Of a stretch of DNA of 64,000 nucleotides, positions 1 to 11,661 are shown one piece after another. The notes below the pieces were generated by a model that had not been told where the DNA came from, ran no database searches, and worked only from the letters and a program-made list of their open reading frames with translations. The stretch is from Klebsormidium nitens. Taxonomy: Eukaryota > Plantae > Klebsormidiophyceae. Position numbers and translations under genes: made by a program. The stretch covers positions 155,667-219,666 of the forward strand of contig DF237025.1 in NCBI GenBank assembly GCA_000708835.1, written 5' to 3'. Positions within the stretch are counted from its first letter, which is position 1; each line of letters begins with the position of its first letter.

Positions 1-1491
1 GTGCTTGCTCCCGTAGCGTGAAGGTACGAAAGGTGATTGCTTGCCTCAGCAGGTATGCTTTGACAGAACGTTCGATTGCGCTAGATCTAGGACATCGACA
101 ACTGGTTGTTATATTGAGAAAGGAAGACAAAAGGATTGCTTGGTACCGATTGGTACCGATCGAAATATGTGTACATCAGCAAGGTTTTGACTTCACCATT
201 AAACAGAAATCTACCCTTTGGAGCTTTGCGAAGCCTCCATGAATCAACGTTGGTGCACAAGATACACAAAACGCCTCACAGCGCCATTGCTGTATAGCGC
301 CAGCGCGTGTGGCCAAGATACGATGATTGTGGTTCACATGTTTGATCGACGGTGAGCTGTGTGCTTGCTAGCTGCTAGTCGAGATCGGATAGAATGATGA
401 CTCCAGTTTGTTAATCGTTGGAATTCTACATACGTGCTCATGTCAGTGCATACGTATCACCAATAGCGCCCCTGAAACTTCACATGCGGCCTTGCTTACT
501 CAAGGTTTATAGGTTATGCATGTATCCGCAAAGCCCGGAGCTAGATCTGGAACATGGTTTCTCTGTGGCCGCTTGTTGTGCACTAGTCGATCAGCATGGA
601 CGCAGATCAATCCTGACATTCTTGGTGACGTATACTTCGATGACACGCGCCCACGCACCGCGAGCTAGTTCATGCACGCTAGGTCCTTTGCTAGCTCATG
701 TTGGATCCTAGTATTGCAATATATATTTCAGAGTCGTTTCTGCTGCTATCAGCATGTACAAGTGCAGTGATCAGATTAGCGTTGACCGACCGTCCTGCAT
801 GCATGACATCCAATACTGTCGGTCAAAATTCGAATCGTGATCAACAGGTCTGGCGAACATGCTATGATGCATTCAAGCTCGTTGCATTCATCCGGCTACC
901 GCAACAAGTCGAGCTCGGACCTAGGATGGCCAGGCAGCCCCACGCTCCATGCAATTGGTGAGCGGGCCTGCCCTACAGACTGTGCACCCCATACGTGCTG
1001 ACCCACCATCAATGGTAAGCTTTGGTCAAAGTCGGGCCCTTAATCTTTTGCAGGACGTACCAGGGGGGACTTTTCCCACTGTTTCAACATGCATTATGAG
1101 GGGCTTTGACATAGAGGATCGAGTGAGGGGCTTTGATATACATGGAAAATCGACAAAGACGGATTTTAGGTTGACATTGATTCAGCAGATCCTTGAGGTT
1201 GTTCAATCGTCAGCAGAGTGTCTACGTAAGTACAACTCTGCTTTCTTAGCAAGCAAATATTGACTGGTTGACCTACTTGCTCCTTATGCGATAATAAGAC
1301 AAGCTCAGCTCGACAAAGCAATAGGCAAAGCGCCAAGGTGGATTGGTAACGATATATATATTGAAGCCCAGTGTACACTACTTATCCTTGCTTTGAATTA
1401 ACTTATGCGGCTCGATCGAGTCGCAAAAGCGATAATCGTCGGCACTAGCCGTTCACTTTGTGAAGTCAAAGAGAGATTGACACGTCAACCA

Positions 1492-4400
1492 TCACCGCTT
1501 CTTTCTCAACTTGGACCGTTCATACGACATGCTCCGGATGACGTACGCTCGGGCCCAGCTCTCTGAGGCGCCTTGCGTCACCAGCGCCTACGGAGGCCAG
1601 AAAATAGCGTATGTTATTATACGAGCAAGAAGAGTAGACAAGAGACCATATCTTCCCCGCAGTCAGCAATTTCCCAGCAGCTTTTCAGAGAAGAGGTTTT
1701 CGAATCTGACCAGGCTTCATGAGTTGAGACAATCCAGTAAGCAGAACCTTCCGAAAAATGCGTCGAGGACACGAGAAGCCCCGCCGGTTTGGGGAGCCAG
1801 TCAAATCTGGGAGCCAGTCAGAGAAACTACTGTAGTCACGAGGTATCATGCCTGTTACACGACCCTCACAAAAACAATGATCTAGGAACAGATTGTTCAG
1901 AGAACAACCTTGTGAGCTTTTGACTAATTCGGTCAGCGAATCAGACAGAAGGAAAACATTCAGCAGAATTTGGAGCAAGGAACGACCCTGCTCACGGCGA
2001 GGAGCATGCCGGCGAGAGCAAAGAGAAATAATGGAACAGGCTGCGCTCGGAAAATAAATGCCGCGCGCTCACCTCAATGAGTTTCTGGACGGCCTCGCTC
2101 TGCTCCTTGGCGGTTTTAGTTAGGTCCACAAATTGCTCACGCACCTCGTGAGTATACGCCTGCACAAAATTAAGCAAATCTGAACAATACGTCCTTTTGA
2201 ACACTGGCGACGCAATGCATCCACATATAATAGGGCCACCTTTTGGACAAAAACTCAAACGCTCGACCTGTATCTACAACTGTCTACTCCTATCATTCCA
2301 CCGTCAACAAGGAGCAATGAGAAAAGCGAGAATGAGGCAAGCAGAAAGAACAGAGCTGAGGGCGACTTACAATTAGCCTTGACTTCAGCTCGGGTGGCAT
2401 ATCTCCATCCGAGCCGTTGTCATTGCTGGGCTGCGGGATCTTGGCGAGCGGTGTCTTTGCTGGTGTGGCCGCCTTTCTAGGACGACCCCGCGGCTTCGGT
2501 GCGGTTGTATCGGGCGTCGAGCTGGCACCAGTCAGCCGCTGCTGAAGGTCTGCGATCTGGCAGCAAAGAAGGTGCCCGGATCAGAACGGTGAAACCAGTG
2601 AAGCTAACAAAGGAAAGCTACAGCTTCTACCGAGCAACCTGCTAAAATTAGTGTAAATTGTAATGTAACGCAGTCAGTCTGCAACTGAGTGAAATTAACG
2701 CTAACAGTGGCGGGTTGCTCGGAGAAGCTGTAGACATGGGCCTCCTCGATTCAGATAGGGGGAGGGCAGAATTACGGTTCAGCGGTTTCGGCGGTTGGGC
2801 TCTGCCAGGGAGGACCGGGACAAGAGCGGTAGACCGTCGTTCCACATGGCGATGTGAAGACAAGTTTCCTTCGAGCATCAAAGGGAGTGCAAAGCAGCGG
2901 ACGGTCCTGAAAGGGCGTCCCTCTGGCCCATCTCGCATATCGAACTGGGTTTGCAATGCGACCTTAGGGTCAATTTGTCATTCTTTGGTTACACCCGCAA
3001 AGAATCAGAAGCTGCTGTTACAAGGCGTCCGCCCGTCCGTTGGCATGAGCGACGTCGAAAAAGAGAACACGTTCGGACACGAAGTTAAATCACCAAAAGC
3101 CTTGCGAAGTGTGACACCCTACTAGCCAGCGGTGCATCTTACTTGGCCGTTCGCCGATCTCTGCGCCTCTGTTGGCCCCTTCTCAGCTGCCTGGATCTCG
3201 CTCCGCAGCTCCGCAATCAGCGCCAAGCTCTGCAATGAAAGCAAAGAAAGTAAGGATGAAGGTTGTCTCTACTCGCTACCTGGCGGATGGGCTGAACAAA
3301 TCAGAACTTGTCCATTACGCCAACGCAATGGGCTGAAGAACTCAGCCTTCGCGCGATCTGTAGGACGAGAAGTACACGCACGGCACTTCCAAAACGGGCT
3401 TTCCTGAAACCCAATTGATTGGCAAAATGTCCACTTCCAGCCGTCAAGAACGTGCAAAAACCTGAAAAAGAAGAAAGTGGTTTCCCCAGACATCGTCCAC
3501 TGGCAATGAGATTCCGTGCCGTCCGAGCGCCGTACCGTGTTCTGGTCGCTCTCGTTGCCCGCGAGCTGCGCCTCGAGCCGCGTCACCAGTGCCAGATGCT
3601 GCTCGCGCTCCTCCGCTAGGCGCGCCAGCTTCGACTCTAACGTGGCGTGCAACGACGCCACCTCCTGCTGTTCGCCGCGCAGGGAAGACTGCACGAGAGA
3701 GGTTTGGATGATTGGTAAAGAAAGTCAAGATTGGCTCTCAAAAATGGCACGCTGCATGCTCGCAGGCCTGAAGTGTTGATTGGGAAACGACAGGGATAGC
3801 CTGCGAAATGTAAGGGCAGCGATGTATGGGTGCGAGCCTGCAGTTATGGGTCGAGAGAGAGACGGGGTGAGCTCAGAAACAAGAGGGGTACATAAAGCAT
3901 GCAACGGGGATACACAAATGTATGCTCTACGGACTGTGTGCAGTCTCCGAATAAGGATCAGAAATAGGGGGAGAAACAAAACGGCGTCATTCTGGAAATG
4001 GACTCAGAGGAAAGGAGGCAGAGACGAAGGAAAAGAAAAGGGCGCCGCCACTTCGTCAACGTTCATCAACATCCCCAGGGGCCCCAGACGGTCACGCTCT
4101 CCTGGAATTGCACTTGGGCACTTACCAGGAGACCATCGAGCCGCGCCACGTCAGCAGCCGCCAGCTCCTTCTTCGGCGGGAGCGCGCCGTCCAACTCCCC
4201 GAGGCGCGCGCGCGTGCTCGCGAGCTGCGCGTCGCCCTCCTGCCGCTCCTCCTCCAGCTGGATCATCCGCGCCTGCAGCGCCGCCACGTCGCCTTTCGCC
4301 GCCGCCTCTAGTTCTCCCACCCGTTTCCGGACGCTTTTCAGCTCCTCGGACGTCCCGTCCTTCTCCGCCTTGAGCATCCGAAGCGTGTCCAACAGGTCGC

Positions 4401-7400
4401 AAACCTCGCGTTCCTTCACTTGCAGACCGGAAGCGTATTCCGCCGTTACTTCTTTCAGCTTCTCCTCGGCGCCCACCGTGACAGCTGTCAGCTGGGCGCG
4501 CAGCCGCTCCGCCTCCGCTTGAGCGCTGTCCTCCTGCTGCCTCAGAGCGGCGACCTCCGCCTGAAGTTCCGCCACTCTAGTTGTCGCCAAAGCCTCCGCC
4601 CCGTCTAGCTTCGCCCGCAGAGCGAGCATCTCCTGCGCGAGCCCCTCGCGCAGTCGCCTCGACTCGTCCAGTTTCCCCGCCACCGCGCTCTTCTCCGCTC
4701 TCTCCCCCCGATCCCTTTCTACGGCACTCTCTCTCAAGTCAGTCCGTTCCCCCGTTACCGTTTCCAATGCTGCCCCGAGCTCTTCGATCGTCTCCTGAGC
4801 CTCTTCGTACGTCACCATGACCTCAGCGACGCGCCCCTCGAGCGCCGTAACCTGCGCCTGCTGCGCTTTGTTCCCCTCGTGCGCTGCCGCTAGCTGCGCC
4901 AGAGCCGCTTCCAACTTTCCGCGCGTCGCATCCATCTCCTTTCTCGCCGCGGAAAGCTCCGCCTCCTTGGACGCCCGCAACGCATCCACCTCTTCCCTCA
5001 GCTTCTTTGCTTTCGCACGCGCCGCCTCGGCTTCTGCGACCAACGTCTTCTTTTCTTTCCCTACACCCTGCAAAGTTCTTTCCACTTCCGCAGCCCTGTC
5101 GCGCGCACCCGCCTCGGACCGCTCTAGCGTCTCCAGACTCTTTCGCAGCGCCGCGAGTTCCGTCCCGAACGCCGCCTCCTGCGCGGCCAGGTCCGCTTTC
5201 GTCTGCACCACTTTCTCCGCCATTTCTACCTTTTGCTCCCGTAACGCGACCAGCTCTTCCTCCAAACTCTTCACCGCTTCGTTCTGCGCGGCAGTCGCTG
5301 ACTCCGCCGCTTTCCGCCCCTCCGAAACCTCCTCCAGCATCGACGTCAAGCGCCGTTCTAAGCTTTCCACTTGGCCCCGCGACTTCGCCTCCGACTCCGC
5401 GACCGCGGCAAGCTCCGTCTCAAGCGCCTGCATCTCTTCGGGGCTGCCGTTCTTCGCGCCCGCGAGCTCCTCGTGGGCCAGCGCGAGCATTTTCGAGATG
5501 TCCTCCTTCTCCGCCTTTATCGTCTCCAAACGCCCGGTCATCAGTTCGATGTGCTCTTCCTTGGCCCGCAGCCGCGCTTCGAAGTCCGCCGACGCGGCCG
5601 CCAGGTCCATTGTCGCGCCCAACTTCACCTCCGCGAGCCGCTTCTCTAGTTCGCCGATCGCGGTCTTCGAGTTCGATTCCGCGGCCACCAGCCCGGCAAT
5701 CCGCGCCTCCAGCTTCGTTACCAAGAGCCCGGCGAGCTTCTCTACCTCCGACAGACGCATCCGCGCTTCCGTCAGGCTCTGCACCGCTTCGCCCCTCTCG
5801 CTTTGCGCACCCTCCAACTGCATTCTGAGCTCCGAGAGCTGCCCCTCCTTGTCCGCGATCGCCCGCTGATACCCCGCCGCATCGCTTACCAGCTTCGCTT
5901 CGAGCAGGTGAATCTCCCCCTGCATGGCTGCTAGTTCCTGCTCGTAGCCTGCCAGGGACGCGTTCACACTGGGCCCGTCCTCCAGTTGCGCTTCCAGCTT
6001 CTTGACCAACTGTCGTGCAGCGCTTTCCGCATTTTGCCACGCTTCCGCCTCCGCTCGCAACGCTTTCATCTCCTCCTTGCGGATTCCGTCCATCGCGGCC
6101 AGCGCCGCCTGCGCTTCCGCCAGCTGGCGCTCCGCGAGACGCCGCTTCTCCCGCGCGCGCTCGAGCTCCCGCGACAGCGCCGCCACGTCCGCGTCCCTCT
6201 TCTCCGCGCTGTCTCTCCCCCGCCGCTCTAGTTCCCCCCACCGCTTTTCCAGCTCGAAAGCCGCTGCTCTTGCCCGCTCATCTTCCAACTGCAGCGACGC
6301 GATCTGAGCCCTCAACCCCTCAACCTCCACCCGCCGGCTCTCTTCCAGCTTCACCAACTTCGCCTCGGCAACACCCACAGCTTCCTCCGCCGCTCTCTTC
6401 TTCCGCTGCACCTCCTCCAACTCCCCCACAAGCGCCTCAATCTGGCCCTTTCTCGCCTCTAGTTCTTTCTCATACCCCGCCACGCGCGCCTCCATCTCGT
6501 CCCGGTGCCGCACCCCCTGCGCCGCCAACTGCTGCACCGCATCCTCTAACTCCGCTTCCAACTGATCGATGTCGTTCCGCGCGTCCTCTTGCGCGTTTTC
6601 CAGCACCGCAACCCGTTCCTTCGCGGCCGCGCGCTGCTCCCGTGCCTCATCTAAGGCGTCTTCCAGATCCTCGATCTGGACCCTCAGGTCGTCCGCTCCG
6701 TGCACTCGCTCCACGTTTTTCAGCTTCGCCTCGAGAGCGTGCTTTTCGGAGGTCAGCGTATCGAGGCTCTTCTCGAGGGCGGCGACGTCGGACTGGGAGC
6801 TGCGAAACGTCCGCTCTAGTTCCTCGCGGGCGGCGGCCAGCTCCGCTGCGGCCGCTTCGTCGACGCTGTTCCGGAGCTGCTCGAGGTCGTATTGGGCTTG
6901 GGCCTGTGTGTAAGGAGAGGCATATTCAGGACTCAATCTGTACCGCATCTGCTTTTCATATTGAGATCAAACCATGCTAGGATATCACAAGACTACGAGG
7001 CTGCAGAGACGTTTTGAAGACGAGCCTATCCCCTGGCCGAATGATTTTTCTCCAAGCCACACATCTCAAGACAAGAAGCAACCTGGATTCCTCGGCGAGT
7101 TTCGTATGGCAGTGTTTCGCTGGCAATGGATGCGGACCACTCAGTGGCCCCTGGTAATCATGAAGTTCTACAGTCCTGCCACCGCGAATAGAGGCCCTCA
7201 TGATGGTGTCTTTCTCCACGAACTTCACACGAGTTGCCGTTCTCTTTTGTTTACATATCTGGCCACCTTGCCATTCGCCCGTGCTTCGACCTATTCCCTG
7301 TGTTTCACCGACTCACGAACGTTAGAATCGAAGTCGTTGTTGGCAACTCCGCTTTCAGAAGCCGCGCAGTCAAGTCGATCGCAACCGCTCCATGCACAAG

Positions 7401-10400
7401 CCCTCACCTGAGCCCTCTCCAGGTATCGCTCCGCCTCGTCAAGCCGCTTTCGCGCGAGTTCGAGCGCGGACACCACCTCCTCCTTCTCGCCCTCCAGCGT
7501 TTGGACACGCTCCTGCAGCGTCCGGTTGTCCGACAGCGTGACGTTCGCGATGTCCTTGACCAGGCGCAGCTCGCTCAGAACCTCCTCTTGCACCTCCTCC
7601 AGGGTTGACACGTGGCCGGAGAGCCGCTTGTTCTCCGCCATGATTGCAGCCACACGTGACTTGAGCTGCGCATGGGGAGAGTGGCGCGTGAGACGGGCAA
7701 AGAGGGTGCACAATGGAGGGCAACTATTGAAGATGGGATCGGTGCGAGCTGTGGCTACGAATCCCGAACCTGTCAGAATGGTTCTCGACGGATTTCGGCG
7801 ACTGATGTCTGGCGACTGAAGCTGCGACACGAGTCGAGAAAGTGGTTGACGAGTCGGGTGAGAAGGTAGCAGGTCCTGGAGGAAGAGAGTTTGTCCTTCT
7901 CAAGACCAACAGCTCGCTGCGTGCCATGCGACTGATCTTGAGACCCTCAACCTCTGCCTTTCAGTTCGGTGTTAAAGGTCAGCACAATCACCATTTAACA
8001 AATAAATCACAACGCAGGTCGAACGGCCGCCCTTACCTCTGTGTTGAGATTCTCCATGTTGCTTCTGTCTGCCGACACACTCTCCAGCTGTCCCGTGGTG
8101 TTCTCCAGGCGGGCGTTGAGCGATGCAATGCTGGCAAGGGCGGCGTCCCGCTCGACGCGCAGCGCTTGGGTGGAGCTCGTGAGGCGCGCCAGCTCAGCAA
8201 GCGAGGAGGCCTCCTTCTCAGCATACAGGGCCACAGCCTGTGGGTAGGTGAGTGCGTAAGCGGCACGCCACGGAAGGGGGGCACGGGTGTGTTTCGACGC
8301 AGGGTGAAGATTGCCGTTCTCGCAGCTGCGGTCGGGTGACTTCGGGGATAGGGGACGTGAGTTGTATACACGACCAGCTTTCAAGGCCTCGCTCACCGTG
8401 GGGGAAGGCATAATGCGCGAGGATAAAAAAGACGAGTAGCGATGGACTTTGAAGAAGCTCGGTTCCTGATTGAAGGCCTTCTTAGTTCTAACTAGAAAAA
8501 GTGCAGACGATAATGAACCGGAGGCAGGCCTGGTTGAGAGCTGCAAAATGGACTCGGGTATCAAAGAAAGAAACGAGGCATGATAAGCGACTGCTAAGGT
8601 GTGCAGGGAGGCTTGTCCAATCTGTGAGTATCAATACTTTTGGGCAGGTTCGAAGAAGGATCGTGCATTTATCAACAGGACGGTCATCTTCGCGAAGGAC
8701 GCACCAATTCTAGTCATGAAACATCAGCTGCCTTAATATACGTGTGCGGTATCTGCAGATCTGAGACTCAAGCAGGAAGTGACGCTCACCTGTTTCAACT
8801 TGGCAACACGAGTTCGCTCCTCATCCACATCCTTCCTTAGCACCGCATTGATCCGCCGGGCCTGCATAAGAGTGCATGTCGGACGAATCAGCGAAAGCTG
8901 CGATTGTCAAAGCTGAATACCTGAAAATGGTTGCGGAATGCGACTCTGACACAGCTGACACGTTTCATTCTAGGTTTGATCCAGGTAAAGACCAAACCCG
9001 CCTTTTGAGTGTTGAACGATCGTTGTACAAAGTGGTAAGAGACTGCGTTGGAAAGAAGCGAGGCCCCTTCGACTGCGATACAATAACAACAAGCATCTGT
9101 GTGCCAAGTGATTCCTCTGCGACTGCCGCTGTGTGTCAGGCCCAAATTCACTGTCTTTCCAGAGTAAACGTACCTCCCATCCACAACAACATAAGACAAG
9201 TTGCATATAAACGACTCGTTTCTAAGCATTGCTTCAGGGGGGGAACAACCCTTATTACATAAAGAAACAAGTACTTGTCAATAAAAGATAGGCAACCAAG
9301 CGCACGGCAAACAAATGCACATATCCTCTCACTGAAGAAGGAAGAAAAGGTGCACCGTCGCCATCTCTTTCTGCTCACCTTGCTCTCGCGCTCGAGAATA
9401 AAGCTCATGAGGGAGGTGACAAGCGTCTGCTTCAGTAGGGTGGCCTTCGAGTTCTCGGATTGAGAGCTCTGGCTAACAGGGACCTGGGAGTCTAGCAGCG
9501 AGCGCAGTTGGACCTGCGAATGGGCCAAAGACAGTCACAGGGTGTTTTGGCTGTTAACCACATTCGGTTACGGGCTGGTTCGAAGCTGGTTAACTGTCCA
9601 ATCACCAGACTCGAGCAGTAACCAGGTTTAAGCGTGGCTATAACGCGGTTATTGGTCAAAGAACCAGACTGGAGTTTGGTTATCGAAACTGGTTAGCAGC
9701 CAAACCTTCCTGTGAGTATTGAGACATTCTTTGCGGGGCATTGACCACTGTCAGAGATGCAGACTGTAGCCAGACCACTGAACGGAAGGACAAATAGCTG
9801 AGAAGAAAAAGTATCGTTTTGTCAAGAGAACAGTGGAGCTAGGGCAAGAAAGCAAGGTGCAAAACAGGAAGGGGTAACAAACCGAACAGGGCAAGAAGTG
9901 CACCGTGTAAGGAGGCGGTTTGATTTGATGTTTGAGATGCTGACAGTAGAAGAGACACGGCATACCTCCAGCATGCGCGGCCCCACTTCTTCGCCTTCTT
10001 CCAGGTCCTGCCCTCCGACCTTCTCCACGATTCCCTCGACCAGCGACTCGAGGCGGGCTTTGCCTGCAATTGGAGACACACACTTAAGGGATGGTCGCCA
10101 GGAGTGTGCTGCCTTTCTGGGAGGTTCTGCAGCGACGTCTGCAATAGCCGTAGGCCTTCACACCGACCAGGATGAGGAGAGATGAAGAATGGACAGGATT
10201 GGTGCATACCGGCTGTCGTCAAATGAGCCCCAAAAGCTTGCACTAATGTCAACCTGTCCGAAAGCAACAAGGCCGGACAATAAAGCACACAGCTCTCCTT
10301 CCAGATCATCAACTGATCTGCAGAAGTAATGGAACATAGGCCCAAAGATGGAACAAAAGCTGGGGGCTCGTTGGGGCGGCAGCCCCCCCGGTGTCAAAGC

Positions 10401-11661
10401 TTAGAAAGGGGCAACAGGATCCTCACCGGAGTCTGCTGCCAAATATTTTGACACGAACTGGGTGATTAAAAGCACCCCCAGGAGCGACTCCAGTTGGGGC
10501 AGGAACGGAACGGCCTCCACTTTCTGCAGCACCAAACAGAGGCCAAGAACGTCTGTGAGTCCCTCACGTCCTTTCCATGCTATCTTGTACTGCTTACATG
10601 TTAGTGAAAACTAGACCTAATGTTTAATAGGTAAATGATAGCCATCTTGAGGCACTTAAAAACAGTAGTTGTTTGTAACCTGATACATGACACACTCTGC
10701 ATTGGCCGCTACACATGCCGTAGAAGGGCATCTCACCCTGATGACTTCGGTTGTCACGCTCGCAAAAATGTACGCCGAGATTGACAATGCAAGCGCTGCC
10801 CCAAGCCGGTATGCCTGCACGCCAATCGAATCACAGGTTATGAGAATTGCATTCTTACAATGAGAACTCAGCCATCCATGCTTACTGATGATACATTCTT
10901 GACAGACTGCTAGCACTAAGCACAAAGAGAGTCTCTAACCCCAGTCCCTTTAAAGAAAGAGGGGCATTTCTGCAAGTATGCATCCACAAGCACAATCCAG
11001 TTGCAGGGACAGACTGACCGGAGGGAAAGTGACGTCGCTGGGAAAGAACGTTTGTACGGTTGGAACCCATGTTTCGAAAGTCTTCTTCGGAACCTCTGGC
11101 TCCTCTCGCTTGGGTAATCTGCAGACGGCAACATAACATGGTTGATGAAGATTCTTCTGCTCCGCAAGAGAATGTTCCTTCACAGAGATGCTTCCCGCGA
11201 AGTGGTGGTGATTCATAGCTCAACTTCGCTTCCATTCTAGTCTACATATCCAATCCGTTCTCGATAAGCAGGCCTGCTGGACGAGACTATGCAGCCAAGC
11301 AATGCCTCTCAGATGGTTGACGCTCTTCTCAGTGTACACAAATGCGTGTGATGTAGATTTCGCCGACCTACACAATCTGTGCAGAGTTCCAGTGCATCTT
11401 TGGAGAATTAGCTTACTGTTTCCTTTTCTCCAGCATATTCCTTTTCTCCACCATGTTCTTTTTCTCCACCATGTTCTTTTTCTCCGCCGCATTCTTCTGA
11501 CCGAACAGCGACTTGAAGCCTGCTGCCCGGACACTCCTGGACCTTAGCTTAGATGCTCGACGCGTCCTCACGAGGGCCCCGTGTGGCAAACGGCCTATGG
11601 CAACACATTTATTGAAAGAATCAATCTGTGCACTACTGGGTAGTGCCAAATGGCCGTTCAT
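1492..11661 (-). CDS. Multi-exon gene for a ~1,556-aa protein: putative plastid transit peptide + CURT1/CAAD-like membrane domain + ~1,300-aa coiled coil + AT-hook + basic C-terminus
   Basis: In-frame GT-AG exon chain: 11661-11417, 11118-11019, 10814-10737, 10523-10427, 10063-9966, 9513-9379, 8861-8790, 8237-8037, 7665-7408, 6903-4126, 3688-3536, 3229-3143, 2556-2371, 2159-2073, 1587-1492 (stop TGA); total 4,671 nt. The 960-aa ORF 4066..6948 is the largest exon (E/A/L/K/R-rich heptads). The start ATG at 11661 is uncertain. Confidence 0.75.
9536..9714. mobile_element. 179-bp MITE with CACAG...CTGTG termini and 3-bp TSD (AGT); CACTA/CMC-like
   Basis: Left end CACAGGGTGTTTTGGCTGTTAACCA vs reverse complement of right end CACAGGAAGGTTTGGCTGCTAACCA (21/25 identical). 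AGT at 9533-9535 and 9715-9717. Internal AACCA/TGGTT repeats. Lies in an intron. Confidence 0.65.
11417..11495 (-). repeat. Short coding tandem repeat (18-bp unit) encoding EKKNMV-like repeats
   Basis: Plus strand shows ttttctccaccatgttct repeated with variants; minus strand translates AEKKNMVEKKNMVEKRNMLEKRKQ. Confidence 0.8.

Noticed and set aside
300-1450. Palindromic-word-rich (CTAG, GCATGC, TCGA) stretch with a 27-bp-period duplication at 1097-1140; similar texture at 28000-28700 and 37300-37800
   Set aside because: No termini, TSD or alignable homology between the regions could be established by eye.
3780-6980. Many long plus-strand and alternate-frame ORFs (up to 350 aa) over the coiled-coil exon
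   Set aside because: Antisense or frame shadows of GC-rich, repetitive E/A/L/R codons; low-complexity S/A/R/P translations with no domain signal.
7085-7170. Possible extra exon (AG...GT bounded) in the intron before the big exon
   Set aside because: In the required phase 0 it contains a TGA stop.
8238-8564. Alternative start of the coiled-coil gene at ATG 8411 or ORF 8007..8564
   Set aside because: A good acceptor at 8238-8239 and upstream phase-0 coiled-coil exons explain the frame; the extension reads like intron.
10158-10317. Exon-like segments (SVDDLEGELCALL...; PTAIADVAAEPP...) in the intron after the CAAD exon
   Set aside because: They need weak acceptors or phase changes. Direct splicing 10427 to 10063 is in phase and restores the CAAD terminal helix. 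Minor alternative splicing cannot be excluded.
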